Shown in pieces: positions 35,876 through 48,830 of a DNA stretch of 64,000 nucleotides. The number at the start of each line of letters is the position of its first letter. Position 1 is the first letter of the stretch. A model generated the notes under the pieces. The model saw only the letters and a program-made list of their open reading frames with translations. It made no database searches and was not told the DNA's origin. The translations under genes were made by a program, and so were the position numbers. Origin of the DNA: Camelus dromedarius (lineage: Eukaryota); assembly GCF_036321535.1 (NCBI RefSeq), contig NC_087437.1, forward strand, positions 29,204,001-29,268,000, read 5' to 3'.

Positions 35876-38800
35876 AAATGATGGAAGAAAGAACCAACAT
35901 GCCTTGAGAGTCCTTGTTCCTGCCTAAGAGGAGTTTCTTTGGTTTCCAGGGTGCAGAAAGCTGCAGGCTAACATGGCTTCCTGATCGTGGCCATTTGTGG
36001 CTGGATTTGGTGCTTTCCTCTGGCCTGTTAAGAGACACTGAGCTGGGTGTGGAGGGCCATCACTTGTCATGAGATGGGTACAGGAAGGAGGGGGAATAGA
36101 GATGGCCGAGGAGTGTGGGCCACAGGTGGACTTGTTAGTTTTTGTTTTTGTTTTAAAGACAGCAGTTCTATTCATTAGCAAGAATGCAAGTCCCTTCCAC
36201 CTTCATCCTTATATAGTGGGAGACTGGCGTTTTTTTAAGGCAAGTTCTCTGGTTCCTATGAAGAAAAGTGCTATGGAAGTCCACAACGTTATTTTTGACT
36301 AATCAAAGGGAATAATGTCAGGCTAACATCAAGGACAATGCTTTTGATAATTTTTTAAAAGGTTATGCATGCTATCTTTTATTCTGCAGTCAATTAGACT
36401 CTTTCCTATTTAAACATAAAACTGAGCAGCTGATGGTTCTCTTTTTACTGGCATTTTCCTACCATGAAAGATTGAGCATATTTTTCTAATGAATTATTAG
36501 AAAAGATCAACCACCCATCTATAAAAACTTTTAAGACCACTCTATCCCCTCCCTCCTGGCATTTTAAAACATTTAAACTAGCTTGGTAATGTTTTAGAAT
36601 TCTACTCAGTTTAGAGTGTTTCCAAAAATACTAAAGGTTTACCCTGAGGCTTCCAATTAAGCTAAAGCAAGTTTCACTTCACTGAAATGTTGTTTCTTCT
36701 TTGACTTTTGAATATGTTGATTATTAAAAGTCTTTTCAGAGTCAGATTATTATCCACTCACATTTTCCCTTCTCAACAGGTTGGCTTTGTAACCTTCATT
36801 TGTTGATGACTATCTTTGAACTGATTAACTAAGAGGTACCATAGGACACAAGAAGACAGGTAGTTAAATAAGTTAAATTACAGGATACATATATCAAATC
36901 ATGCTGCACACCTAAAACTAATACAATGTCATGTCAATCATATCACAAATAATTTCAGGGAAACTCCCAAGAAGTTTAAAGAATAAATGTGGCCAGTGCC
37001 ATGTGAGTAAATTAAACGCAGCAACTTAATGGAAGAATTATTTACTTTTGCTGATAATGGCATAATCTTAGTGGCCAATAATTACATAACTAATAATTAT
37101 GCATTATAATATATAATTGTAAATAAGTTTATGAGCCAAAACATATAAGAAGTTTATGAATAAAGGGAATATTTCCCCCCTATTAATCTGGTTTAATTAA
37201 AATTAGGGACCAGATCCTTCTTGGGAAGATAATCAAGGCACATTACCAGACCAGTCAGAATTCCAGAGGTGTACCTGGCTCAGATTCAGGCTGAAAAGTT
37301 TGGTCTCAACCATGTAACTATGTAACTTCATGATGAGCAGATAGGGATCAGAGTCATATTAACTTAAATATTAAACGTACTATAACTTTATTTTATGTTT
37401 GCCATGCTGGTAACACTTGATGGATTAAAGCTATTACTTAATTTAGAAAAAAATTGATCTTGTGAATAATATTTAGTTTCCCACTCAAAGATATGGGATT
37501 GCTCCTTATTTATTCAAGGCATTTATTTGTATCTCTAATGGAGTTTTTGGCTTGAGCCTAAGCCAGGTACACCCTTGGAATTCTGACAGTTCTGGTGGTA
37601 TCTGCGAAATTAATGGGCATTCTCCCTGAGGCTTAATTGCATGGCAGAATGGGGCTTCTGCTGGAAGAGAATTGATGCTCAGGGAAGAGGATGTCAGACA
37701 ACTAGTGAAATCAATATCAAATCCTTGGGCCTAAGTGGGGAACAGGCTGCATAGAGCCCAGTATTTATCTCCTGTTGCAGTCCCTCAATTCTTCCTTCAT
37801 ATCTACATTCCCCAGAGGAGACACTCTGTAATTAAAAAGAGGAAATATTGTGTTCCTGTAAACTGGCCATCAGGTCACAAGCGCATTTCTTTGTCTCTCC
37901 TCTAACAGAGTATAACCCTAAATGGGAGAGGGGTCCTCTCTAGTCTCCACTACGGAGCGCAGTGCAGCACTGAACACAGGACTCAGCGGGCAGGTGAGAC
38001 TTGAACCAATGGACAAAGAAGTTGCTGGTCAAGCCAGTGGAGGTGGCAGCTGTGGCTGGCAGCAGGGGACAGAAGGAAATTCAGGGAAGTGGTATAGTCA
38101 CCAGAGGAAGCCGGAGCACCCAAAGGAATGGTGGAATTCAACAGAAGTGCAAAAACAGAAGAAGGAGCACCGGGAGGAAAAGGAGGTGGGAAGGTAGGCT
38201 GCTCACCTAAGGAAGGAACACCCTGCAACTGCTGGCACTGGGGAGTGTGGAGGAGCTTCCATTTAGCCTTTGTGCCAAAGGGAAGAACACCTCCAAAGGG
38301 AGGCATATTGTCATAATGTTGCTGGCTTCTCAGCTCATGTGCGACATTCCCTGGGGACTTCTGGATGGCATGGGTGGATGGTGGGGGAAATTTTGCAGAA
38401 GAAAGACATTCTGAAAAGAGCAGGTGGGACAAGTGCCTGTGAACGTGGCTTGGTGAAATATGACTTTAATTTTGGGGTTGGCATCTTCTGGGGTAATAGG
38501 CCTTGATACTTAAAGCAACTTTCTTCATAAGGTCTTAAATATCGTATGGGTTGGTTCGTCTGAGTTTTGATAGCTAAGTTAGATTTTTTTCTGGTTTTGT
38601 ATTTTAATTAGTTTATAGTCATCTATTTCTCCAAACAAAAATTTGAAAAACAACAAAAAAAAGTTGAAGCAAATTACAATTAAAAAATAAAGTAAGAAGT
38701 GTCCAAATTTAATGTAAAGGTGATAATGAGAATAATATTTTAAAAACCCCACAAGTTTCCTTATGAGTTTCATTCTAGGTTAGCTACTACAATTCAATAT

Positions 38801-41800
38801 AGAATGAGTTTTGGATATCCTAGTAGTAAAAGAGAAAATAATGTTAGACTGTATAATACTTTTACATTTTTAGGTGGTATTACCCTCATTTTAAGTTACT
38901 GTTTAACTCTTTTAAAGTGTTTTCTCTTAAACACATCTCATTTAAATAATTCAAACAATACAAAATGTGTACAATAAAATAAGGATTCTACTGTCAGAAA
39001 TACTTTGAACACATGATATATGTCCTTGAATTTTTTTTCCTATGTATTTTTGACTATCAATACAAAAAAGTGAAGCCCTAGAGAGAGGCTTCCCTAGAGG
39101 GGTTCTGACGTGAGTGAGCCTTGTCATTTCTATGTATTAAAGAAATAATAATAAGATCATAACTAAATTGCTAATATTTTCCTTGCATATGGAGGACTAA
39201 AGATTTAGAATTTTTCAAAGATATCTTTATATTCCAAGTGTTCTACATTAACTGTGTTACATTTTAAATTAAAACAAAAACATCTGTCAATTTAAATAAA
39301 TAATACCAGTTTCTAAGGGCACAGATGCAAAAAGACTTTAAAGCAAAGACTTACATGTTAGGCCAGTTAGTAGTATTTGGACGGTAAAAAAAATCTGTTA
39401 GAGGTTTGCATGAATTCTTTGGCAGTACTAACAAGATGCATACAGGCTGGTTTTTGTTTGTTTGCTTGTTTCATAAATAACCCTAATTCTTAATAGTCAA
39501 TTAAGTCCCAGTGTAGGATTTACTTTTTCTCCACATTCAGATTTAGTTCCTGCACAAACAGATTATTCAAGCATTGAGGGCCCACAAATCAACTTAGAAG
39601 TCATGGCATGGGAGAAAGTCTTTTATGTCTCCATTAACTCTGTATAGATCATGTGATATCATCTATATCCATTTTGTTATGAGTTCTTTACAGCATATAT
39701 TTGCTGAGCATTTACTTAGCGTTAGACGTTTTTCTAGAAACCAATATCTAGCAAAAATAAATAAATACATCTTGCTTTCAAACCTGGTGATAAAAATCAG
39801 TTGAGTGAAGGTTGATACTTTGATGGGCTCTGGTTTAGACAGAAGCAAAAAAAAAAAAAAAAAAAACCTAAACTGAAAAAAGAGAGCTAACATGGTTTCT
39901 AGTAAGGTAGAATGAATGGCCTGTAGCCTGGCTTATTTTTCTTTCTCAATAACTAATATTATAGATTCCTCATTACAGGACTGGTAAAAATATCTGAAAA
40001 TTAATAAGGCATCCTTTATAATTTTCCTTTGTGTCTGGAGTCCTAAATATTATGCTTTGTAGTTAGGCTTTGGATGTAGATTTTTTCCTGTTAGTAACTA
40101 CTCTCTAGAATTTGAATCAAAATTTGCTGTAAGACTTTATTTCCTTTTTTTCTCTTTTTTTACCCATCAACCCAAACATGAAGTATAATACACCGGTGCA
40201 GTCCCACCAAAGACTTCTGGGCTCCATTCCGCACCACAGTACAAGTCAAGGTCTTTCCTACAGCTCCGTATTGTGGGCTAATATTTGCACAGCTTAATTT
40301 TGCTGCGTGGGTTCACAGCCAAGCTGTGATCTGCATGCTGTCTGAGTGGGGAGCCAGCTCATTGGAAAAGAATTAAGATCCAGTTGAGAATTAGCTGATA
40401 GATACAAAAGATTTACTTAACCAAGTAAAGTACTTAAAGGGCAGCGATTACTTACAAGAGTTTTATCCTTTATGTTTAATATTCATGAGTGCTGATCCCT
40501 GCAAGAGTTCTTTTAGGAGGCTCCAAAAAATACTAATTATGTGTAAGTTCGGATATTGTATCTGCTGTAGCTATTTTTTGACAGATTACACTGTAAAAAA
40601 GTTTACCCAGAATGAATGTTCTAACGCCTACTCAGAGTTCTAGCAAGAGCAGTTCTTTTCCAGAAATTCAAGCTCTGATGAAAGCATTGTCCAGACTTAT
40701 AAAACATAGCACCTTGAAGAAATCCAATGAATTTCACCTTGTTCTGGGAAATATTTGCCAAGTTGCGTTGCATTAGAACTATTAGACCTATCTGAGTTAG
40801 AACAGGCTTGAACACCTAAAGAAGTGCTTAGAGTACATCTAACTCCTATTTGAAGATTTAAGAAATGTTTTTTTTCCTTTAATTTCATTAATTTTACAGT
40901 ATAAATGTTCTGATTCACTTCTGTCTTGGCAAGGGCTTGATGGAACATTTTCATTAATGTCATTTAAAATAGTGAACTTACTCATCATCTGTGTATTTTA
41001 AGCTTTACGTCCAAATGTAGTTGGACTTGGAAAAGTTGAAGTGGGAGTGGTGGCAGTGGCTGATGATTTGATGGCCACAGCACTCTTTGTTTACTGATAT
41101 GGCTTGCAGTATTTTTCATTCACAGGACTATGGAGATTAGTAGAATCCAGAATCTTTGAGGTTAACTGGTTTCAGAATAATTCCTTCTCCCAGAAATCAA
41201 AAGTGATTTTAAATTTATGGCTAAAACGCCAATGTGAGTTTAGATATTACCAATAAAGATAGTATGATGATTTCCTAGGGGGAACATATAGGTTTGCTGT
41301 AGCCGGCCGACCATGGGTCAGGGAGTGTGGTAATTTACTTACAGGAAAATAGGATCTCTGGCTCATCACAATATTTGAACCAGCAATTTTAGGGGACATG
41401 TTGGAAAAAGAAAGAAGAATCTTCAGAATTAAGATTAAGGCTCAAGGATGCAATTAAGTTGCCAGTCTGGCTTGGCAATTTGTTAGTGGGCTCAGCGGGA
41501 ATATTTTAAGAATACAGATGAGGAAACGGTGATGCCAAGGGAACAGAAAGAAAATAGAAGATGGAGAACAAGGAACCCAGGATTCGGTAGCTGTGATGGC
41601 AGCTTAGTCTTAAAGTCTCATTAAGAATCTTATCAAGCTTCCTATTAACAGGCTTTGTAGACTCTGCGCAAATTCTAACATAGAGGGGAGGAGGAAGGAT
41701 GGATATAAATTACAATCGACATGAAACAACTGATTTAAACATGTACTGGCTGGTATCTATACTCGGTACCTTAGATATTTTCTGTTGGCTACTTCTTTTG

Positions 41801-42264
41801 TTAAAGCATGTACTAAACCACAGTAAGTTACATTTCACATTTGAGGTGATATGTGAAATCACTACATACCAGGACTGTCATTTATTGTGTGGCTTTTCCC
41901 GAGTGCTTGTATGTAATTTAAATTCTGTGGCATATTGGCAACAGTCCACGCCTGCTCTCACAGGGTGTGTGTCTGTGGTACTTGATGGATAATGTGCTTT
42001 CAGGCTGTGAAATCTTGTTTTCGTTGTGACTTTATGCTAGTTCACCCACCCACCAACACCTCCATCTCTAGTCTTCCCAAAATGGGGACTGTTTCTCCAG
42101 GAACCACTGACTTGTGTTGGCTTTTGTTTATAGTTTCCATTGACTTCAAGTACTTTTGATAATTCATTTTCTCCAAGTTTCAGCCTGAAGCCAGAGACTC
42201 AGACACAGAAGGACACTCTTGCCTAGATACTAGGAGTCCTAAAGACTGTTCCAGGTCTGGCCTG

Positions 42265-42500
42265 AGGGAAAAATTGGGATTTTGGGATTAACAAATACAC
42301 ACTACTATATATAAAACAGATAAACAACAAGGTCCTACTGTAGAGCACAGGGAACTATATTCAATACCTTGTAATCACCTACAGTGAAAAAGAATATGAA
42401 AAGGAATACATATATATATAAAAATAAGTGAATCACTTTGCTGTAACCTGAAACTAACACAACACTGTAAATCAACTATACTTCAATTTAAAAAAAAAAA
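42265..42500 (+). mobile_element. Young LINE-1 3' end
   Basis: CACTACTATATATAAAACAGATAAACAACAAGGTCCTACTGTAGAGCACAGGGAACTATATTCAATA...AACTATACTTCAATTT followed by poly-A. Confidence 0.9.
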
Positions 42501-43105
42501 GGGAAAAAAACAAATTTTAAGTGTAAGTGTGTGGGCAAGAATGAGCAAGGGGGCAGATACTATCTGGAGGGGACTGCCCCCTAGGGATCAGGCCTAGCAA
42601 ATGTTAACCAAAAGGAAGCTTCTGTCATTCACAGGATGAATGTATTCCTAGTGGTTTCTTTACCCCATCCCACCTTTCTTGTTGCCTTTCTGACATGGCT
42701 TTCATAGGCATTTCACTGGTGGCTGCTGTATTATCGCTCTCTGCTGAACTAAACAAATAACACAAGTTGCCTGTTGGTATTTGCCTCTTACCCTTCGCCC
42801 AGCATGCTGCAGAATAGTTATGTAACTGAACCGAGTGCGTGTAACTCTTATTTCCCCTCCTTCCATTGCCGCAAACTCATCGAACTCTTGAACCATTTTA
42901 AACCTCTCTCTGAACTTTTCCTGATACAGGTCACTACCATTGCAAGCAACTCAAGAAAATAATGCTTTCACTATATAGCACTGCCCTGTTTAAAGGCCTC
43001 TTGAGGCTCCCTGTTACTTAGAAGATTTAGTGTATTTTTCTGTTTTTTCGATTTAGCCATCCTTTGTTTGCTAAAACATCTTTCTGGCCTTTTCTCCTCC
43101 CTCTT

Positions 43106-43292
43106 CTGTGGTTCTCTAACCTGGCTAATAATTAAAATCCCCTGGGAAACTTTTTAAAAGATCAATTCCCCTGGGGCCTGACCTCTAGAGTTTGTGGTTT
43201 AAATGGCCTGCTGTGGGGCCTGGAGGATGGGTGGCTTTTTTTTTTTTTCCCCTTGCTTTTTTCTAACTTGCAGTCAGGCTTGAGAACCAATT
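43106..43292. mobile_element. MER5B-like hAT-Charlie MITE
   Basis: Termini CTGTGGTTCTC...GAGAACCAATT, internal AATCCCCTGGGAAACTTTTTAAAA. Confidence 0.7.
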
Positions 43293-43300
43293 ATCTAAAC

Positions 43301-43795
43301 TCGTGGCCCTCAGAGTGTGATTCTAGACCAGTAGCATCTGCATCAGCTGGGAGCTTGTTAGACATGCAAATGATTGGTTCCTACCCCAGATCTCGTAAAT
43401 CAGAAGCTCTGGGAGTGAAACCAGCAATCTGCGTTTTAACAAGATTCTGATGTACTTCAAAGCTGTGCTGTCCAAGATGGTAGCCACTAGCTACCTGTGG
43501 CTATTGAGCACTTGAAATGTGGCCCAGTCCAAACTGAGATGGGCTGTAATGCCAAGCACCCAATAAACTTTGAAGACCTAGTACAAAAATAGAATGTGAA
43601 AGTCACATAGATGATATTTTAAATTAATCACACATTGAAATGATATATTGGGCAAGTTGGATTAAAAAATACATTGTTAAAATGAATTTCACCTACTTCT
43701 TTTTTTAATGTGCCTGCCAGAAAATCTGAAACTGCATATATGGCTTGCATTACACCTCTCTTGGACAACACTGATCTAAAATTTGAGAACCACTG
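43301..43795 (+). mobile_element. MER5A hAT-Charlie MITE, split by MER33
   Basis: GACCAGTAGCATCTGCATCAGCTGGGAGCTTGTTAGACATGCAAAT...AATCAGAAGCTCTGGGAGTG...AGCAATCTGCGTTTTAACAAG; terminal TTTGAGAACCACTG at 43782-43795. Confidence 0.85.
43463..43773 (-). mobile_element. Full-length MER33 (hAT-Charlie)
   Basis: TIRs CTGTGCTGTCCAA / TTGGACAACACTG; internal GGTAGCCACTAGCTACCTGTGGCTATTGAGCACTTGAAATGTGGC. Confidence 0.9.
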
Positions 43796-43938
43796 ATCCC
43801 TGCCATCACTATTTTCCTACACAGAATTTTTTCCTCAATGGTTTAACCAGAACACAGACTGGCTTTTTAATTTCACACCTCTGTACCTTTCATGTATCAT
43901 TCTCATCACTAGAAGATCTTTCCTACCCCTCCATACTT

Positions 43939-44114
43939 TTTTTTTTTAATTGAAGTATAGTCAATTTATAATGTTGTGTTAATTTCTGGTGTACAGCATA
44001 GTGATTCAGTTATGCGTATATATTTATATTTTCATGTTCTTTTTCATTATAGGCATGACAGGGCATTGAGTATAGTCCCTGTGCTGTGCAGTAGGACCTT
44101 GCTGTTTATCTGTT
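43939..44114 (-). mobile_element. Short young LINE-1 3' end with perfect 16-bp TSD
   Basis: Poly-T, then AATTGAAGTATAGTCAATTTA. CTACCCCTCCATACTT at 43923-43938 and 44115-44130. Confidence 0.92.
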
Positions 44115-44626
44115 CTACCCCTCCATACTTGAACCACTCTGGCTGACTCTTTTAGGCTGAGCTTTTCATGTCTGTTTGTTTCTGAAGTATCTCCCGGACA
44201 CTCTAGCCTATGGTAACGCCCTTTCTCTACTTTTGTGGTTCCTGATTCCAGAAAGGGAGCAGCTATGACTGGGGAACTCAGAGAGGGGGCACTTGTGCTC
44301 AGTCTTCAAGGACGGTGGAGTCGCTGGAAGGAGGAAGGGGAGAGTAGCAGGCCAGTCAGATGGAGGGGGGAGGCTGGAAGCTCCTGGCCGGCAGAGCCCG
44401 TTCCCCTCCCCCTTTTGCACCCCCCTATAGTGCAGGTCAGTGTGTCCCACAAGGCAGGAGCCCAAAAGATACTCCTGGCTGATGAAGGTGATGGACCCGA
44501 GAGGTAACAGAAAATTCACAGGTTACTTGGTTTCAGTAACTTGTAGAAATCAAACCATGTATTTGGAGCTTTTGTGATAATGGGGATGGGGTAGCAGTGG
44601 AGAGAATCTTTCACCATAGTTCAGGG

Positions 44627-44634
44627 TGACGTCA
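44627..44634. promoter_or_regulatory. Full CRE palindrome
   Basis: TGACGTCA seen directly, about 100 bp downstream of a GC-richer segment (44230-44520). Function unknown. Confidence 0.3.
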
Positions 44635-46339
44635 GGGGATTTTTCTCATAGGTCTCCTATGTTCTATCTTACATCAGGTACAATTTCGCTTAAAGGATGT
44701 AAGGGAGACTAGATGACCTCCAAACACGACTTTCTGCCCAGGACCCTGCTGCTTACACCGTGCATGGCAGACCCACGGCACTGGACGAGAGGTAATGCCT
44801 TCTCTATTCTATTTAAAATCCCACCATACTCTGCCCCCACAGCATTCTACTTTCTCAGCATTCTCTTTCTTGTCATTTCCCACCATCATGTGATATTAAA
44901 ACAGAAAAAAAAAAAAAAGAATGATGCTGTTAGGGATGTGAAAGGGGAGTTTTTAAAGTGAAAAAATCAAAAGCAGACCACGCTCCTCCTCATATGTCAC
45001 TTGTTTGTCACCCTCAGACCACTCCTGTACATTAGTCCGTTTCATTCTTTCTATCATGCCATTTTTAGAAAGTTAATGTTTCATATTTCTCAGAAAGGAC
45101 TGTTTAAACCACCAGACATCCCAGATGCTTTAACAGTTGCTTCGAGCACTTCAAAAAGTTCTTGAGCGAAAACATGGATTGGATCTTTGTAGGCTCCTCA
45201 GGGGAACAAGCAGTACCTCTTGCATTGATTATAATTTTCTGCCTCTAGAATCCTTTCATCTTCATTAATAGGAAGAGAAATATCGACTTGCAAATACTTA
45301 CGAAGACTCAAATAGTGATGTTTTAAATTCAATCAAGATATGTGAGTCCCAAGACAATGAAGTACCTAAGTATGATATTATCAAGTTATAAATGACCTGT
45401 TTTTCATCACCACCTTGAAAAAAAGTTTAAAAAAATGAACCTATTTCCAAATGGACCTATAAAATACCACCAGCCAAGTATGAGATTGGGATAAAGCATT
45501 TCATCAAAATGTCCATAGATCATTTCTTTTAGGTGTAGATGAGTATCTTGCAAGTTATCACACAATGCACATTTTTATAGTTGCATTGGAGAGCAATGTG
45601 ATAATACCTTGCTAGATGTTTTTTTGACAAGAGGCAATGTGATCAATAAAAAAAACAAAACTCAGAGTAGGTTTCAAACACAGGAATCAATTTTACATGA
45701 GGAATGAAAGATAAAAAGGCAAGGTATTTAATTTCCCAAACCTGTGTGCTCTCTTGGCCTATTTTACTTTTTATATCATTTTTTTTTTCCCAACTATCAT
45801 TTTGGTTTCCATTTCCCAGGAACCATCTATGCTATTGCCAAAGTTGGGTTGCTAACATAGGTTTAAGATCAAGAACGGCTTTGTAAATTCTCTTTTCTTT
45901 TCTGAAGATGACTGAAAGTTCTAAGTCTCCCTGGTACCCTCGCCCTCACCAATTTCCTGTAAATAGAATTTTACTCCTTTAGAAAGTAGCAAAGGTATGT
46001 AGTTAGAGGAGATGTATATATATCCTCAAAATAGTCAGCAGAAATTAATAAAAACTGGTCTTATAAATCTACTTCCTTATGCAGAGTAAGCTTTGAGGTT
46101 GCACACTGGCTCTGGAGCTCCTGGTCACAACTGATTTGGGTGGCTGTCGCTTCAGAGACTCAGCATCCTAAGCTTTTCCTACCCAAATCCAAAGAGTCCC
46201 TAAATGCAGAGAATCTGATATCTGAACACACTGTTCTCAGACAATGGAGCTCACCTTCCTAAGGGCAGATGCCCTCAGTTTCTCTAGGGGGCACCCAGTT
46301 AACCTCCTGTTGGCTCTGAGATCTGTTTCCAAACTTCTG

Positions 46340-47138
46340 CCCTGGTTTGAATGGCAAGGAATTACCTTCCCCAGGCTCTAGGTAGGTTCATTCATCCAAT
46401 GGGAAGCAAGATTAGGGTCACGGGGTGGGATGATAGCAATGGTGTAGTTTTTTTTTCCTTCTCCTTCCTCCTCCTCCTTCCTCTCCCCCTCCTCCTTCTG
46501 ATTTTCATGGCATTTCTGGCAGCATCTCTTCCATAGCTCTGATTTCTGCCAGGCAGCCCCTCTTCCTGTGGTCCCAGCTCTTTCTGGTCCATGCCTACCA
46601 TGTCTACCTCCCCCTCAGTGGCCTGGCTTGTGGGCTCTTGTAATACCACTTCCTCTGGTCGTCTCTCTAGATGACCTGCTCTTGTCAAACTCTGGGTGGC
46701 CTCACCATCCCCTCTTAGGATTCTCTGTTTTTCCACCAGCTTTTGCAGGAGATACGCCAGCTCCAAGTCCCCTTACTGGCCTGGTGTACCCATCGCCCTG
46801 TTGCCATGAGCCTTGACTGCTGAGAGCTCAAAACTAGCCCCCTTCTCTGAGACTGAACTCATGGCAGCAGACAGAGCAGCCACAGCCAGTGATGACGGGT
46901 CCAGGTTATGAAACACTGAGCACTTTGTGTCAAGCAAGGGACGGTTTTGTGGTGGGGTTTATGTTACAGAGCGCCCCCTGTCTGACCTGACCGCATCCTT
47001 GCTTGGCCCTTTCCTCTTCTCCAACCTGATTTGCTCTCTCCCTCACAAGCTTTTCTTAAAGAGCATACCTTCAAAAACATCACTTGCACCCAAATCCTTG
47101 TCCCACGTTGTCATTTCTTAGTGACCTAAACTGAGGAA
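46340..47138 (+). mobile_element. Degenerate ERVL-class LTR sequence (one or two elements)
   Basis: TTGTAATACCACTTCCTC...CTCTGGGTGGCCTCACCATCCC, and an ERVL-LTR-like terminus ATCACTTGCACCCAAATCCTTGTCCCACG...ACCTAAACTGAGGA. Confidence 0.55.
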
Positions 47139-47989
47139 GCTGTGTAACTAAATCCTTCTGTTTGAAAGTCTTAGTCTCTCTTCCTAACTGTGTCCTCAAT
47201 GACACAGGAAGCTAAAGTAACTCTCAGCATCTCACTTGCTGGAAAAAAAAAACCACAATGACATACCTGTCTGGGTATTCCAGTACAGAAGCAATTTCAT
47301 ACCCACTACGCATTTGACTGTCTTAACCACTCTCTGAGGTGCAACCTCCCCTGTCTTTCTCTAATCTCAGTAGTTTTCTTTTACTTTCTTTAACACAGTG
47401 TGTTTTTTCCTGCCTCAGATTAGCTTCTAGATGCTCCTGCTTTTTCTGGGATGGGTTGAGGGATGTTAGGTGAATTGTCTGCATGACAACTCATCCAGGA
47501 GATAGAACTGGGTCATAAAGATTTTTTGAGACCCAGACAGTGAGTTTCCTGTTGCCCCACATCCTTCTTATTAGGAAACAGTCATGCAGAAAATACTTTT
47601 TAAAGAGGAAATTAACACAATAAAGTAAAAAGGTCTTTGAGGTTACACTAACTTCCTGTCCTTATATTGAGAACGATTGCTTTTCGGTGCTCATTTAGAG
47701 ACCTTAGATCTTTCTGACAGGAATAACAAGGGCGGAGATCAAACTGGGCCAGTGAGAAGGTAATTCTCACCAGCATCCTTACCTTCTCCTCCAGGCAAGG
47801 GAATATACCCACTGATGTGATTCTGAGGGACCCCTGACAAGTGAGCTACTGGGTGATGGTCATCCTTCCACTGAGGTGGGCAGCCAACCCCCGACCTTCC
47901 TCTCCACCCCAACTTGCACCATCATCCTGGCTTACTCTCAACTTCAAATGGATGACCTCTCCAATGCGCTTGCCCTCATGGTTCTCTGA

Positions 47990-48830
47990 TCTCTGTACCG
48001 CCACAGGCCTTCATATTCACTTACCCCTGTCGTAACTTGGGAGTCTCCTCCTTTGAAACATCGAAGTTCAACAACTAACCATCAAACCATGACCTCCCAT
48101 CTTTCCAGCTCTTGCTCTGTCACCCCAGTATACTCATTGGCCTCATGAAAAGTTAAATTTACTTGGTTGATTCATTTTCTTCCAATTTCTCAACTATGTG
48201 CCACCTTCATTTTGTTCCTGACTTTGCTTAGACCCCATGATCTATGGTGTTCAGCTATCAAGAACACAAGAATCTATGGACTTGAACTGTTCTCTTGCCA
48301 ATCTCCTCAGCTCTCATAGTCCCTTTCTATCGCTGCCCTCATGGCACGATTCCAGCCTGCTAATCTACAATTTCTCTTCTCAGCTCCTACACTGAGTACT
48401 ACTTGAGGAAGTCAATACTCCCCTTGGCACGTTGAGCAGGTGAAAATCTCCTATTTCACTTGGACAATTAGTCATTAAGTATGAAACTTACCTAAAACAT
48501 ATACATGCTCACCCATCATTTCAGTCTGATGATGAGATGTCCCTCTTGTTCAGTCAAATGAGTCCAGATAAGATATCCCCTCCCGTGAGTTCACTGAGAA
48601 TATGTACCATGTTTTATCCCTATTTTATGAATATTAGAACCTGGGGCATAGTAGGTAGTCACTAAGCGTCCTATTGAACGACTCTTCTATATTTTCCTGT
48701 AGCTGGTATCACCTTTACTTAGGTCTGTGTACCTTACTGCACTGAGTTCCCTGAGGACAGGAATTGTTTCTTAGTCATCTTTTATCCCTTATACCTGGCA
48801 ATGTCTGCGACATAGTAGGGATGAGTGAAC
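47990..48830 (+). mobile_element. L2 fragments
   Basis: Pyrimidine-rich L2 body (CCATGACCTCCCATCTTTCCAGCTC...TTAGACCCCATGATC) and 3' end (CTGAGTTCCCTGAGGACAGGAATTGTTTCTTAGTCATCTTT...ACATAGTAGG). Confidence 0.55.

Noticed and set aside
46392..46766. 124-aa ORF with an Arg/Lys-rich, NLS-like stretch
   Set aside because: The basic stretch is a translation of a (CCT)/poly-T low-complexity tract inside LTR-derived sequence.
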